The position numbers and the translations under genes are program-made. From Burkholderiales bacterium (GTDB taxonomy: Bacteria; Pseudomonadota; Gammaproteobacteria; Burkholderiales; SG8-39): a DNA stretch of 64,000 nucleotides. The first letter of the stretch is position 1; the number at the start of each line of letters is the position of its first letter. Shown here one piece after another: positions 39,289 through 50,161 of this stretch. The notes under the pieces are model-generated. The model ran no database searches. It was given only the letters and a program-made list of their open reading frames with translations, and was not told the origin of the DNA. The stretch spans positions 30,437-94,436 of the forward strand of contig DATGGA010000029.1 in the NCBI GenBank assembly GCA_035308765.1. Direction: 5' to 3'.

Positions 39289-41820
39289 TCACAGGGTCCT
39301 GGCGACCTCGAGGACTTCAAACACCTCGAACTGGTCGCCTTCCTTTAGCTCCTGGAAGGTCTTGAGCGACATGCCGCACTCGAACCCCGCCTTGACCTCG
39401 CGCACGTCGTCCTTGAAGCGCTTGAGCGAATCGATTTCGCCGGTATGGATCACCACGCTGTCGCGCAACACCCGGACCTGCGCGCCGCGCTTGACCAGCC
39501 CTTCCTGCACGTAGCAGCCGGCCACGGTGCCGATCTTGGAAATGCGGAATACCTGGCGCACCTCGACCAGGCCGATGACGCTCTCTTTCCGCTCGGGCGC
39601 GAGCATGCCGGAGAGCGCCGCCTTCACCTCCTCGACGGCGTCGTAGATGACGTTGTAGTAGCGCACGTCGACGCCCGACGATTCGATCAGCTTGCGCGCG
39701 GTAGCGTCGGCGCGCGCGTTGAAACCGATGATTACCGCGCCCGAAGCGAGCGCCAGGTTGACATCCGACTCGGTGATCCCGCCCACGCCCGAGTGCACCA
39801 CGCCGACCTTGACCTCCTCGTTCGACAAGCGCGTGAGCGCATGCGCCAGCGCTTCCTGCGAACCCTGCACGTCGGCCTTGATCAGCAGCGCGAGCGTCTT
39901 CTTCCCGCTCGTGCCCATCTCGCTGAACATGTTCTCCAGATTAGAGGCACGCTGTTTGGAGAGCTTTACCTCGCGGTACTTGCCCTGGCGGAACAGGGCG
40001 ACTTCGCGCGCCTTCTTCTCGTCGGCCAGCACGACCATTTCCTCGCCAGCCCGCGGAACATCGGACAGGCCCTGGATCTCCACCGGAATCGATGGCCCGG
40101 CGCTCTGCACCGGCTTGCCGTTCTCGTCCAGCATCGCGCGCACGCGCCCGTAAACCGCGCCCACCACGACCACGTCGCCGCGCTTCAGCGTGCCGGATTG
40201 CACGAGCAGCGTCGCGACCGGGCCGCGGCCCTTGTCCAGGCGGGCTTCGATCACCACGCCCTTGGCCGGTGCGTCGATCTGCGCCTTGAGTTCCAGCACC
40301 TCGGCCTGGAGCAGGATCTGCTCCAGCAGCGCGTCTACGCCCTGACCGGTCTTCGCCGACACCGGCACCACAGGCGACTCGCCGCCCAGGTCCTCCGGCA
40401 CGACGCCATGCGCGAGCAGGTCCTGCCTGACTTTTTCGGGATTGGCTTCGTGTTTGTCGATCTTGTTGATGGCGACCACCAGCGGCACTTCAGCCGCCTT
40501 GGCATGGGCAATCGCTTCGATGGTCTGCGGCATCGCGCCGTCGTCGGCGGCGACCACCAGCACGACAATGTCGGTCACCTTGGCGCCGCGCGCGCGCATC
40601 GCCGTGAAGGCCTCGTGGCCAGGCGTATCGAGGAAGGTGATGACGCCCCTGGGCGTCTCCACGTGGTAGGCGCCTATGTGCTGGGTAATACCGCCTGCCT
40701 CGCCGGCGGCGACTTTGGTGGTACGGATGTAGTCGAGCAGCGAGGTCTTGCCGTGGTCGACGTGGCCCATCACGGTGACGACCGGAGGCCGAGTAACCGC
40801 GACCGCAGCCGAAACGCCCGCGTCATCGACGAGGAACGCTTCCGGGTCCTCCAGCTTGGCCGCCCTCGCGGTATGGCCCATTTCCTGGACCACGATCATC
40901 GCGGTTTCCTGGTCGAGAACCTGGTTGATCGTCGCCATCGAGCCGAGCTTCATCAGAACCTTGATGACCTCGACGGCCTTGACCGACATGCGGTGCGCGA
41001 GCTCGCCTACCGTGATGGTTTCCGGCACCGCGATATCGCGGATCACCGGCTCGGCGGGCTGCGCAAACGCGGGTTCTCCGGCGGCAGGGCCCGCGCCCCT
41101 TTGCCGCCCGCCACCCCTGCCGTGCCAGCCCGCGACACCGCCGCCCATGTCGCCGCGGGTCTTGATGGTCCGCCGACGGACCGAATCGTCGCGCAGGATC
41201 GTGGTCTGCTTTACTTTCTTCGCCTTCTTGTCGGTCTTGGGCTCGCCTGCCTTGGGCGCGTGCAGCGTGCCGTCGGTCGGCGCAGCAGCAGCGGCACCAG
41301 CAGGCGCCGCGCGCTCGGTCTGCTTCTGCTCCGCCTCGCGCCGCTCCCGGTCCTGCTTCTCGCGCAGCTCGTTGGCCTGGATTTCCGAAAGCTGCCGCTG
41401 GCGCTTCTGCTCCTCCTCGCGCAGCTGCAGTTCCTTCGGATCCGGCCCGGCCGGCACCGGCGTCGGCGGCGCGGGCGGCGGCGCAGTCTCGGCCGCGGTA
41501 GCCGCAGCCTGGAGTTCGGAGGGATCACGCTTGACGAAGACGCGCTTCTTGCGCACCTCGACCTGGATGGTGCGCGCCTTGCCCGTGGAATCGGATTTCT
41601 TGATCTCGCTGGTCTGCTTGCGCGTCAGCGTGATCTTGTTTTTCGGCTCGATCGAGCCGTGCGACTTGCGCAGATACTCGAGCAGCCTCGCCTTGTCCTG
41701 TTCGCTCAGCGAATCCTCCGCCACGCGCTTCTCGACACCCGCAGCGCGCAACTGCTCGATGAGCACCGAAGGCGGTACCTTCAGCTCGCTCGCAAACTGG
41801 GCGACGCTGGTCTGTGCCAC
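39289..41820 (-). CDS. infB: Translation initiation factor IF-2
   Basis: [36 protein letters not shown]. Confidence 0.97.
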   Translation of the reverse strand: MAQTSVAQFASELKVPPSVLIEQLRAAGVEKRVAEDSLSEQDKARLLEYLRKSHGSIEPKNKITLTRKQTSEIKKSDSTGKARTIQVEVRKKRVFVKRDPSELQAAATAAETAPPPAPPTPVPAGPDPKELQLREEEQKRQRQLSEIQANELREKQDRERREAEQKQTERAAPAGAAAAAPTDGTLHAPKAGEPKTDKKAKKVKQTTILRDDSVRRRTIKTRGDMGGGVAGWHGRGGGRQRGAGPAAGEPAFAQPAEPVIRDIAVPETITVGELAHRMSVKAVEVIKVLMKLGSMATINQVLDQETAMIVVQEMGHTARAAKLEDPEAFLVDDAGVSAAVAVTRPPVVTVMGHVDHGKTSLLDYIRTTKVAAGEAGGITQHIGAYHVETPRGVITFLDTPGHEAFTAMRARGAKVTDIVVLVVAADDGAMPQTIEAIAHAKAAEVPLVVAINKIDKHEANPEKVRQDLLAHGVVPEDLGGESPVVPVSAKTGQGVDALLEQILLQAEVLELKAQIDAPAKGVVIEARLDKGRGPVATLLVQSGTLKRGDVVVVGAVYGRVRAMLDENGKPVQSAGPSIPVEIQGLSDVPRAGEEMVVLADEKKAREVALFRQGKYREVKLSKQRASNLENMFSEMGTSGKKTLALLIKADVQGSQEALAHALTRLSNEEVKVGVVHSGVGGITESDVNLALASGAVIIGFNARADATARKLIESSGVDVRYYNVIYDAVEEVKAALSGMLAPERKESVIGLVEVRQVFRISKIGTVAGCYVQEGLVKRGAQVRVLRDSVVIHTGEIDSLKRFKDDVREVKAGFECGMSLKTFQELKEGDQFEVFEVLEVARTL

Positions 41821-41821
41821 G

Positions 41822-43369
41822 CTATTGCGCCCCTTTCGACTGGCCGGCGGGCGTGGGCGCGGCAGCCGCCGCGGTGCCTGCGGTTCCTGCCTCGTCGGCG
41901 AACCAGTGCGCCCGTGCCGCCATGATCAGGCTCTTGGCGCGCTCATCGTCCATACCGGTCATCTCGGAGAGCTCATCCACCGCGAGATCCGCGAGGTCGT
42001 CGCGCGTCTTGACGCCATGCGCCGCGAGCTTGGCCGCGAGCTGGTTGTCCATGCCTTCCAGCTGCAGCATGTCCTGCTGCACGCCGTCGATGCTTTCCTC
42101 GCTCGCGATCGCCTGCACCAGCAGCGCGTTGCGCGCGCGGCTGCGCAGCTCGTTGACCGTGTTCTCGTCGAAGGCGTCGATCTCCATCATTTCATTGATG
42201 GGCACGTAGGCCACTTCCTCCAGCGTGGAGAAGCCTTCCTGGATCAGGATGTCGGCCACTTCCTCGTCGACGTCGAGCCGCGCCATGAACAGAGATTTGA
42301 CCCGGGTGCCTTCCTCCTCCTGCTTCTTGGTGGACTCTTCCTGGGTCATCAGGTTGATGGTCCAGCCGGTGAGTTCGGATGCGAGCCGCACGTTCTGGCC
42401 GCTGCGGCCGATGGCGATGGCGAGGTTCTCCTCGTCCACCACCACGTCCATCGCGTGCTTTTCCTCGTCCACCAGGATCGAGCTCACTTCGGCGGGCGCA
42501 AGCGCGCCGATGACGAAGGTCGCCGGGTCCGCCGACCATAGGACGATGTCCACGCGCTCGCCGGCCAGTTCCTGGGTCACGGCCTGCACGCGCGAGCCGC
42601 GCATGCCGACGCAGGTGCCGATCGGGTCGATGCGGCGGTCGTTGGTATGCACCGCGATCTTGGCGCGCACGCCGGGATCACGCGCCGCGGATTTGATCTC
42701 GAGCAGCTTTTCCTCGATTTCCGGCACTTCCAGCTCGAACAGCTTCATGATGAACTGCGGCGCGGTGCGCGACAGGATCAGCTGCGGCCCGCGGGCGCCG
42801 CGGTCGATTTTCGCCACCCAGGCGCGCACCCGGTCGCCGACGCGAAGGTTTTCCTTCGGGATCATGTATTCGCGCGGCAATTGCGCTTCCAGGCGGCCGG
42901 ATTCGACGATCGCGCTGCCGCGCTCCATGCGCTTGACGGTGCCCGTCACCAGCTCGTCGCCGCGCGACAGGAAATCGTTCAGGATCTGCTCGCGCTCGGC
43001 GTCCCGGATGCGCTGCAGGATCACCTGCTTGGCGGTCTGCGCGCCGATGCGGCCGAAGGGGACGTTCTCGATCGGCTCCTCGATCACGTCATCCAGCTTG
43101 GCATCGGGCTTGCGGTCCTGGGCTTCCTCGACCGAGAGCATCTGCGCGTTGATCCAGTCCGGCGCGTCGTCCGGCAGCACGCGCCAGCGGCGGAACGCCT
43201 GGTAATCGCCGGTATCGCGGTTGATGGCGACCCGGACATCGACGTCCTCGGTAAAGCGTTTCTTGGTGGCCGAGGCGAGCGCGAGCTCGAGCGCGCCGAA
43301 CACCACGTCCCGGTTCACGTTCTTTTCGCGCGCCAGCGCGTCGACCAGCAGCAGAATTTCCCGGCTCAT
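41822..43369 (-). CDS. nusA: Transcription termination/antitermination factor NusA
   Basis: [45 protein letters not shown]. Confidence 0.97.
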   Translation of the reverse strand: MSREILLLVDALAREKNVNRDVVFGALELALASATKKRFTEDVDVRVAINRDTGDYQAFRRWRVLPDDAPDWINAQMLSVEEAQDRKPDAKLDDVIEEPIENVPFGRIGAQTAKQVILQRIRDAEREQILNDFLSRGDELVTGTVKRMERGSAIVESGRLEAQLPREYMIPKENLRVGDRVRAWVAKIDRGARGPQLILSRTAPQFIMKLFELEVPEIEEKLLEIKSAARDPGVRAKIAVHTNDRRIDPIGTCVGMRGSRVQAVTQELAGERVDIVLWSADPATFVIGALAPAEVSSILVDEEKHAMDVVVDEENLAIAIGRSGQNVRLASELTGWTINLMTQEESTKKQEEEGTRVKSLFMARLDVDEEVADILIQEGFSTLEEVAYVPINEMMEIDAFDENTVNELRSRARNALLVQAIASEESIDGVQQDMLQLEGMDNQLAAKLAAHGVKTRDDLADLAVDELSEMTGMDDERAKSLIMAARAHWFADEAGTAGTAAAAAPTPAGQSKGAQ

Positions 43370-43815
43370 TTCTTTCCCTTCCCTTGCAGGTCCGGCACCA
43401 GCCGGGCCCGGTCAATTTCGTCCAGTCTCAACGCCACGTCGCGGCCTTCCACCTCGACCGTGGCCACCCCGCCCGCTTCGCCGCGCAACAGCCCGGTGAA
43501 GCGCTTGCGGCCGCTCTCGTCCCGCGTCCGCATCTTCACGTCCACTTTGCTACCGGCGAAACGCGTGAAATCGGCCGGCTTGCACAGCGGCCGGTCCAGC
43601 CCCGGCGACGACACCTCCAGCCGGTCGTAGTCGATGCCCTCGACCTCGAATACCCGGGCCAGATGCCGGCTTACGTCGGCGCAATGGTCCACCGTGATGC
43701 CGCCAGGCCTGTCGATGAAGATGGACAGATGCCTACCCCCGCCGGATGCCCGCGCATCCACCAGTTCGAACCCCATGCCCGCCAGGGTCAGCTTCACCAC
43801 ATCCGCCATCGCCAT
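43366..43815 (-). CDS. rimP: Ribosome maturation factor RimP
   Basis: [26 protein letters not shown]; start at 43815 or 43809. Confidence 0.93.
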   Translation of the reverse strand: MAMADVVKLTLAGMGFELVDARASGGGRHLSIFIDRPGGITVDHCADVSRHLARVFEVEGIDYDRLEVSSPGLDRPLCKPADFTRFAGSKVDVKMRTRDESGRKRFTGLLRGEAGGVATVEVEGRDVALRLDEIDRARLVPDLQGKGKK

Positions 43816-43832
43816 AGCGCTTTTCCAGCCGT

Positions 43833-43861
43833 GCAAACAAAAAATGGGCCGAGGCCCATTT
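43833..43861 (-). terminator. Intrinsic terminator/attenuator between rluB and rimP
   Basis: Minus strand AAATGGGC-CTCG-GCCCATTT followed by TTTGTTTGC. Confidence 0.7.
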
Positions 43862-43882
43862 GCATCTGAAACGACTTGAAGT

Positions 43883-44683
43883 TTAACAGCTTTTTGCCGT
43901 TCGGACAATCTCCGCGACGGCTTCGGAGCGCAGTTCCAGCGAGCGTCCCGCGGGCAGGTCGAGCGGCAGCTTCACCGGTCCGAACCGGACCCGCAGCAGC
44001 CGGCTGACCCTGGAGCCAACGGCCTCCACCAGCCGCCGCACCTCGCGGTTGCGTCCTTCCACCAGCACCACCTTGTACCAGCGGTTGGTGCCAGTGTCCT
44101 TTTTCGCCATCAGCGGCTCCAGTCGCGTCACCTTTGCCTGGCCGTCGTCAAGCTCCACCCCCGTAAGCAGGCGGCGCATCGCCTCCGAGCCCAGGCCACC
44201 TTGCACGCGCACTTCGTACTCGCGCTCGATCTCCTGGCGCGGGTGCATGAGCTGGTTGGCAAGTTCGCCCGAATCGGTAAACAGCAGCAGGCCCGAGGAA
44301 TTAAGGTCCAGGCGGCCGACGGCAACCCAGCGCCCGGGGCTGAGCTTGGGCAGCTTGTCGAAAACCGTCGCGCGTCCTTCAGGGTCCTTGCGCGTCACCA
44401 GTTCGCCGATTGGCTTGTGATAGACGATGACGCGGGGACTGGTTTTGCTCGCGCTTATTTTTATTTCTTTGCCGTCGAGGAGAATCAGATCCCCGGGGCT
44501 GGCGCGGTCACCCAGCTTCGCGGTCTGGCCGCGGACCGTGACCCGGCCCGCCGTGATCCAGGTTTCGATTTCCCTGCGCGAACCGAAGCCGGCCGCCGCG
44601 AGCAGCTTTTGCAGCCGCTCGGCGCTACTCGGTGCGGTCTGCGGCGGCTTCGTTGGCGGCGGGTTGGGAGGTCGCAGGCTCAA
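43883..44683 (-). CDS. rluB: 23S rRNA pseudouridine synthase RluB-like
   Basis: [18 protein letters not shown]4 domain, [22 protein letters not shown]; start uncertain (TTG at 44683, overlapping the scpB 3' end). Confidence 0.88.
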   Translation of the reverse strand: MSLRPPNPPPTKPPQTAPSSAERLQKLLAAAGFGSRREIETWITAGRVTVRGQTAKLGDRASPGDLILLDGKEIKISASKTSPRVIVYHKPIGELVTRKDPEGRATVFDKLPKLSPGRWVAVGRLDLNSSGLLLFTDSGELANQLMHPRQEIEREYEVRVQGGLGSEAMRRLLTGVELDDGQAKVTRLEPLMAKKDTGTNRWYKVVLVEGRNREVRRLVEAVGSRVSRLLRVRFGPVKLPLDLPAGRSLELRSEAVAEIVRTAKSC

Positions 44684-45212
44684 GCTGCAGCGTCCGGGCG
44701 ATTTCCTCCAGCGGCGGCAGCTCCTGCAGCGAGCGCAGCCCGAGGTCATCGAGAAATGCCTTGGTCGTGGCGTAAAGCGCCGGCCGCCCGGGCGTATCGC
44801 GATGGCCGACGACGTCGATCCAGCCCCTGCTCTCCAGGGACTGGATCACCGGTGTCGAGACGACGACGCCGCGGATATCCTCGACATCGCCGCGCGTCAC
44901 CGGCTGGCGGTAAGCGATGATCGCCAGCGTTTCCATCACGGCGCGGGAATAGCGCGCGCGCTTGTCCGGGTTGAGGCGGTCCGCGAAAGGCTGAAACTCG
45001 GGCCGGGTCTGGAACCGCCAGCCGCTGGCCACGCTGGCGAGCTCCACGGCGCGGTCCGCCCATTCCTCGCGCAATTCGTCGAGCAGCTGGCGCAGCACGC
45101 CGGGCTCGATCCGGTCCTCGAACAGCCGCTTCAGGTCCGCCAGCGACAACGGCTCCCGCGAGGAAAGCAACGCCGCCTCGAGGATGCGCTTGGGCTCAGA
45201 TTGGCTCGGCAT
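44625..45212 (-). CDS. scpB: SMC-Scp complex subunit ScpB
   Basis: [45 protein letters not shown]. Confidence 0.95.
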   Translation of the reverse strand: MPSQSEPKRILEAALLSSREPLSLADLKRLFEDRIEPGVLRQLLDELREEWADRAVELASVASGWRFQTRPEFQPFADRLNPDKRARYSRAVMETLAIIAYRQPVTRGDVEDIRGVVVSTPVIQSLESRGWIDVVGHRDTPGRPALYATTKAFLDDLGLRSLQELPPLEEIARTLQLEPATSQPAANEAAADRTE

Positions 45213-46011
45213 GGGCGATCCTGATCCTGACGTAGATGGGCGCGAAGCCTTCCGACTGCGTGACGTCGATCAGCAGTTCGCGCGCGAGCTCCAACAGCGC
45301 GAGGAAGGTAACCACCAGCACCGCGACGCCGCGCGCCGGGTCGAACAACTCGGTGAATTCCAGCACGCGGCTCTCCTTCAGCAGGCGCAGGATCTGGCTC
45401 ATGTGCTCGCGCACCGAGAGTTCCTCGCGCGAAACACGATGATGCTCGGTCATGCGGGCACGGAACAGCAGCATGCGCCAGGCTTCCGCGAGGTCGCGCG
45501 GGTGCACCTCGGGCAGGCGTTCGATTGCGGTCCGTTCGACCAGCACCGAAATCGCAAGCACGTCGCGGCCGACCTGCGGCAGCGCGTCCAGCTGCAGGGC
45601 CGCTTTCTTCATCTGCTCGTACTCGAGCAGCCGGCGCACCAGCTCGGCCCGCGGGTCCTCCTCCTCGTTCACCGCAGCCGGGCGCGGCAGCAGCATGCGC
45701 GACTTGATCTCGATCAGCATCGCCGCCATCACCAGGTATTCGGCCGCGAGCTCGAGATTCTTGGAGCGCATCAGCTCGACGTACTCCAGGTATTGGCGCG
45801 TGAGCGGCGCCATCGGAATGTCGAGCACGTCGAGGTTCTGCTTGCGGATCAGGTACAGCAGCAGGTCGAGCGGCCCCTGAAAGGCATCCAGCAGGATCTC
45901 GAGCGCGTCGGGCGGGATGTAGAGGTCAAGCGGGATTTCGGTCAGCGGCTCGCCGTAAATCGTGGCGAACGGCGTCGCGGCCCGAACTATGGGCGTAGCG
46001 GTTTCGGTCAC
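45196..46011 (-). CDS. scpA: Segregation and condensation protein ScpA (kleisin)
   Basis: [42 protein letters not shown]; GTG start overlapping the trpS stop. Confidence 0.94.
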   Translation of the reverse strand: MTETATPIVRAATPFATIYGEPLTEIPLDLYIPPDALEILLDAFQGPLDLLLYLIRKQNLDVLDIPMAPLTRQYLEYVELMRSKNLELAAEYLVMAAMLIEIKSRMLLPRPAAVNEEEDPRAELVRRLLEYEQMKKAALQLDALPQVGRDVLAISVLVERTAIERLPEVHPRDLAEAWRMLLFRARMTEHHRVSREELSVREHMSQILRLLKESRVLEFTELFDPARGVAVLVVTFLALLELARELLIDVTQSEGFAPIYVRIRIAHAEPI

Positions 46012-47210
46012 GTGTAGGACAGCCCCATGGCCTCGCGCACGTCGCGCATCGTTTCGCCGGCGAGCGAGCGCGCCTTGTCGCAGCCGTCGGCGAGAATGTT
46101 TTTCACCAGCGTCGGATCGTCCAGGTAGGCCTGCGCGCGCTCGCGCATCGGCGCCAATTCCGCAAGCACGCTCTCGATCACCGGTTGCTTGCATTCCAGG
46201 CAACCGATGCCAGCGGTGGTGCAGCCCTTGCGCGCCCAGGCCTTGGTTTCGTCGCTCGAATAGACGAGGTGCAGCGACCAGACCGGGCATTTTTCCGGCG
46301 TGCCCGGATCGTTGCGCTTCACGCGCGCGGGATCCGTCGGCATGGTCTTGATTTTCTTCGCCACGGACTCCGGGTCTTCGCGCAGCGCGATCGCGTTGCC
46401 GTAGGACTTGGACATTTTCTGCCCGTCCAGCCCGGTGAGCTTGGAGGCTTCCGTCAGCAGCGCCTCCGCTTCCACCAGTATTTTCTTGCCGCTGCCCTCG
46501 AGCCAGCCGAACAGCCGCTCCCGGTCGCCGCGCGGCATGTTCTGCTGTTCATCGAGCAGCGCCTGCGCGCGCTTGAGCGCCTCGGCGTCGCCGCTTTCCA
46601 GGAACTTTGTGCGCAGCTCGTTGAACACGCGCGCCTTCTTGCTGCCCATCTTCTTCACCGCGGCCTTCGCCTTGTCCTCGAACCCCGGCTCGCGGCCGTA
46701 CAGGTGGTTGAAACGGCGCGCGAGCTCCCGGGTGAATTCGATGTGCGGCACCTGGTCCTCGCCCACCGGCACGTATCGGGCGCGGTAGATCATGATGTCC
46801 GCGGCCTGCAGCAGCGGGTAGCCGAGGAAGCCGTAGGTGGTGAGATCCCTGTCGGCGAGTTTTTCCTGCTGGTCCTTGTAGGTCGGCACGCGTTCCAGCC
46901 AGCCGAGCGGCGTCATCATGGACAGCAGCAGGTGGAACTCGGCATGCTCGGGGACCTGCGACTGCACGAAGATCGTCGCCTGGTTCGGGTCCACCCCGGA
47001 AGCCAGCCAGTCGATCACCATGTCGATGCCGACATCCTGCAGCACGCCGGGTTTTTCATAGTCGGTCGTCAGTGCGTGCCAGTCGGCGACGAAAAACAGG
47101 CACGGATGCTCCGACTGGAGCTTTACCCAGTTCTTCAGCACGCCGTGGTAGTGGCCCAGGTGCAAGGCGCCGGTGGGGCGCATGCCGGAAAGGACGCGGG
47201 TTTCAAACAT
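46008..47210 (-). CDS. trpS: Tryptophan-tRNA ligase
   Basis: SGMRPTGALHLGH, GYPLLQAADI, VPVGEDQ, KMSKS. Confidence 0.96.
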   Translation of the reverse strand: MFETRVLSGMRPTGALHLGHYHGVLKNWVKLQSEHPCLFFVADWHALTTDYEKPGVLQDVGIDMVIDWLASGVDPNQATIFVQSQVPEHAEFHLLLSMMTPLGWLERVPTYKDQQEKLADRDLTTYGFLGYPLLQAADIMIYRARYVPVGEDQVPHIEFTRELARRFNHLYGREPGFEDKAKAAVKKMGSKKARVFNELRTKFLESGDAEALKRAQALLDEQQNMPRGDRERLFGWLEGSGKKILVEAEALLTEASKLTGLDGQKMSKSYGNAIALREDPESVAKKIKTMPTDPARVKRNDPGTPEKCPVWSLHLVYSSDETKAWARKGCTTAGIGCLECKQPVIESVLAELAPMRERAQAYLDDPTLVKNILADGCDKARSLAGETMRDVREAMGLSYT

Positions 47211-47228
47211 TGGATCTCGAATTCCGCC

Positions 47229-47894
47229 CTAGATCCGGAACACCGTTCCGAGAACGCGAAACGAGAAATTCACCATCGGCGCGAGGATGACGCCGAGCAC
47301 ACTGGTAAACATGAGCAGCAGCAGGATCGGGAAACCCCAGGGCTCGAGTTTCGCGTAGCCCCAGGCCATGCGGCTCGGCAGCAGGCTGGCCACGATCCGG
47401 CCGCCGTCCAGCGGCAGGATGGGCAGCAGGTTCAACAGCATCAGGATGATGTTTACTTCCATTCCGGCCTTGCTCATCAGGAGCAGCGGCTCGGTGAAGT
47501 AGTTGATCGGCAGGACATCCGCCGTTTTGAACAGAGCGGCCCAGAAAAAAGCCATCGCCAGGTTGGCGCCCGGGCCGGCCGCCGCGACCCAGAGCATGTT
47601 CTGCCGCGGGCGCCGCAGCGCCGAATAGTTCACCGGTACCGGCTTCGCCCACCCGAACAGCAGGCCCGCGCCGCCCGCGAACTTGCTCAGCACGAGAATC
47701 GCGATCGGCACGATGATGGTGCCGACGAGGTCGATGTGGCGCGCGGGGTTGAGGCTGATGCGTCCCTGCGCGTAGGCGGTCATGTCGCCGAAATAGCGCG
47801 CCACATAGCCATGCGCCGCCTCGTGCAGCGTGATCGCAAACAGGACCGGGAGCGCATAGATGGCGATGATTCTTACGATAGGTTCGATGTCCAT
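47229..47894 (-). CDS. Site-2 protease family (M50) membrane metalloprotease
   Basis: HEAAHG, AAAGPGAN, NLLPILPLDGG. Confidence 0.9.
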   Translation of the reverse strand: MDIEPIVRIIAIYALPVLFAITLHEAAHGYVARYFGDMTAYAQGRISLNPARHIDLVGTIIVPIAILVLSKFAGGAGLLFGWAKPVPVNYSALRRPRQNMLWVAAAGPGANLAMAFFWAALFKTADVLPINYFTEPLLLMSKAGMEVNIILMLLNLLPILPLDGGRIVASLLPSRMAWGYAKLEPWGFPILLLLMFTSVLGVILAPMVNFSFRVLGTVFRI

Positions 47895-47911
47895 CCAGGC
47901 GGAGAATTTTA

Positions 47912-48778
47912 TCAGAGCAGGAACTTCTCGATCAGCCGCGCGACTTCCTCGGGCTGGTCGTGATGCAGCATGTGTCCCGCGTCCGCGACCGTGCGGTGCT
48001 CCAGGCTCCTGAATGCGCTGCGGCGCTCCGCCAGTTCGGTATCGGTGAGCCTCATCCGCGCCCTGGTTTCGGATTCGGCGGCATCGACCCACAGCACCGG
48101 CGCCGCGACGCGCTCCCAGCAGGCGCGGGCTTCGTCCAAGCGGTAAAGCGTGGCGTTGATGAGCTTGTGCGCGGGATCGCTGCGCAGCTGCACTTCGCCG
48201 CCCTCCACCTCCTTGCCCCAATGCCGCGCGAGGAATTCGGCACGCTCCCGTTTCAGACGGGGATTGTTCTTCTGCAGCCGGTCCGCGAGTTCGGCATAGC
48301 TCGCGTACGGGCGCAGGCGCGGCGTCTCACGCAGTTCGTCCATCCAGCGGGCGTAGCGCTTGGGCGCCTGGTCCGCCCTGGTCGTCGGCATGCCGAAGCC
48401 TTCAAGGTTGACGAATTTCTCGATTCGTTCCGGCCTGATCCCCGCGTACAGGCCGCCGACATTTCCGCCCAGGCTGTGGCCGACCAGCTTGACCGGCGCT
48501 TCGGGCTGGATGTGAGCGAGCAGCGCGTCCAGGTCGCCGATGTAGTCGGGAAACCAGTAATTGTCGGAACCCGACCAGGAGGTCAACCCGTACCCGCGCC
48601 AGTCCGGCGCATAAACGTCCCAATCCGGCGCCAGCGCATCCACCAGGAACTGGAACGACGCCGAGACGTCCATCCAGCCGTGCAGCAGGATGATCTTTTT
48701 CCCGGGTGTTCCGCGCCAATGGCGAACGTGATAGCGCAGGCCGCGGATGTCGAGGAAAAGCGATTCGCTGGGTTTCAT
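47912..48778 (-). CDS. Alpha/beta-fold hydrolase
   Basis: LLHGWMD, nucleophile elbow GHSLGG, C-terminal HMLHHDQP. Confidence 0.88.
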   Translation of the reverse strand: MKPSESLFLDIRGLRYHVRHWRGTPGKKIILLHGWMDVSASFQFLVDALAPDWDVYAPDWRGYGLTSWSGSDNYWFPDYIGDLDALLAHIQPEAPVKLVGHSLGGNVGGLYAGIRPERIEKFVNLEGFGMPTTRADQAPKRYARWMDELRETPRLRPYASYAELADRLQKNNPRLKRERAEFLARHWGKEVEGGEVQLRSDPAHKLINATLYRLDEARACWERVAAPVLWVDAAESETRARMRLTDTELAERRSAFRSLEHRTVADAGHMLHHDQPEEVARLIEKFLL

Positions 48779-48830
48779 GGCGGGTGGAACGTGATCGGTG
48801 GAACGACTGCGGCTATCATACCGGCCATCC

Positions 48831-49358
48831 ATGCCGGTCTTTTCCCTGAATGAGCGCCGGGTCGAACTCCGCGGCGCGCACCACTACATCGCCTGGGACG
48901 CCACGCTGGCGGGCTCGATCATCCTGGAGAACGCGGTGAACATCTGGTTCAACGTGGTGATCCGCGCCGACAACGACCAGGTGCACATCGGCGAGGAGAC
49001 CAACATCCAGGACGGCTCGGTCCTGCATTGCGACCCGGGATTTCCGCTGACCATAGGGAAGCGCGTCACCGTCGGGCACAAGGTGATGCTGCACGGCTGC
49101 ACGGTCGGCGACGGCGTGCTGGTCGGCATCAACAGCGTCGTGCTGAACGGCGCGAAGATCGGCGCCGGCTCTTTGGTCGGCGCCAATTCGCTGGTGCCGG
49201 AGGGCAAGGAAATCCCGCCCGGGGTGCTTGCCGTCGGATCGCCGGCGAAGGTCGTGCGCGAGCTCACGACCGAACAGATCGCCGGGATCCTGAAGATCTC
49301 GGAAGGTTACGTGGCCCGCGCCAGGCTATTCAAGGAACACCTGAGAGAGCAAACCTAG
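48831..49358 (+). CDS. Gamma carbonic anhydrase family (YrdA/PaaY-like) protein
   Basis: TNIQDGSVLH, VTVGHKVMLHGC (three His ligands), hexapeptide repeats. Confidence 0.9.
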   Translation: MPVFSLNERRVELRGAHHYIAWDATLAGSIILENAVNIWFNVVIRADNDQVHIGEETNIQDGSVLHCDPGFPLTIGKRVTVGHKVMLHGCTVGDGVLVGINSVVLNGAKIGAGSLVGANSLVPEGKEIPPGVLAVGSPAKVVRELTTEQIAGILKISEGYVARARLFKEHLREQT

Positions 49359-50120
49359 TTATTTCGGCGCCATCCGGATCGCGCCGTCGAGGCGGATGGT
49401 CTCGCCGTTCAGCATTTCGTTCTCGACGATGGACTTCGCCAGCTGCGCATATTCCTCCGGCTTGCCCAGGCGCGAGGGGAACGGCACCTGCTTGCCGAGC
49501 GAATCCTGCGCTTCCTTCGGCAGGCCGAGCAGCATCGGTGTCAGGAACAGGCCCGGCGCGATGGTGACCACGCGAATGCCGTTGCGCGACAGGTCGCGCG
49601 CGATCGGCAGCGTCATGCCGACCACCCCGCCCTTCGACGCGGAATAGGCGGCCTGCCCGATCTGGCCATCAAAAGCCGCGACCGACGCGGTGTTGATGAT
49701 CACGCCGCGCTCGCCGGCCGCGTTCGGACCTGCCTTGATCATCGCATCCGCCGCGAGGCGAATCATGTTGAAGGTGCCGATGAGATTGATGCTGATCACT
49801 TTCGTGAAGCGCGCGAGGTCGTGCGGCGCATCCTTGCCGACCGTGCGTTCGGCAACGCCGATCCCGGCGCAATTCACAAGCACGTGAATACCGCCGAAAC
49901 CCTTGACTGCAGCCTCGACCGCGGCCTTGCCGTCGGCTTCCGAGGTCACATCGCACTTGCAGTATCTCCCGCCGATTTCCTTCGCCAGCTTCTCGCCGGC
50001 TTCCGCCTGCAGGTCCGCGATCACGACCTTGGCACCGTTGGCCGCGGCCATTTGCGCCGTCGCCGCGCCCAGGCCCGATGCGCCGCCCGTGACGAGGAAT
50101 ATGCTATTTCTGATTTGCAT
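49359..50120 (-). CDS. SDR family, type II 3-hydroxyacyl-CoA dehydrogenase-like
   Basis: [32 protein letters not shown]. Confidence 0.9.
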   Translation of the reverse strand: MQIRNSIFLVTGGASGLGAATAQMAAANGAKVVIADLQAEAGEKLAKEIGGRYCKCDVTSEADGKAAVEAAVKGFGGIHVLVNCAGIGVAERTVGKDAPHDLARFTKVISINLIGTFNMIRLAADAMIKAGPNAAGERGVIINTASVAAFDGQIGQAAYSASKGGVVGMTLPIARDLSRNGIRVVTIAPGLFLTPMLLGLPKEAQDSLGKQVPFPSRLGKPEEYAQLAKSIVENEMLNGETIRLDGAIRMAPK

Positions 50121-50161
50121 ATAAGAGCCTCCCGAATGATTTCAACGATAATTCTACCTGC

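Noticed and set aside
41270-41520. Low-complexity GCC/GGC repeats in infB (also the nusA tail and poly-Leu codons in cdsA)
   Set aside because: They encode ordinary Ala/Pro-rich linkers or hydrophobic runs, not DNA repeat elements.
47211-47228. Attenuator or T-box upstream of trpS
   Set aside because: Only 18 bp of intergenic space, with no Trp-codon leader peptide or T-box motif.
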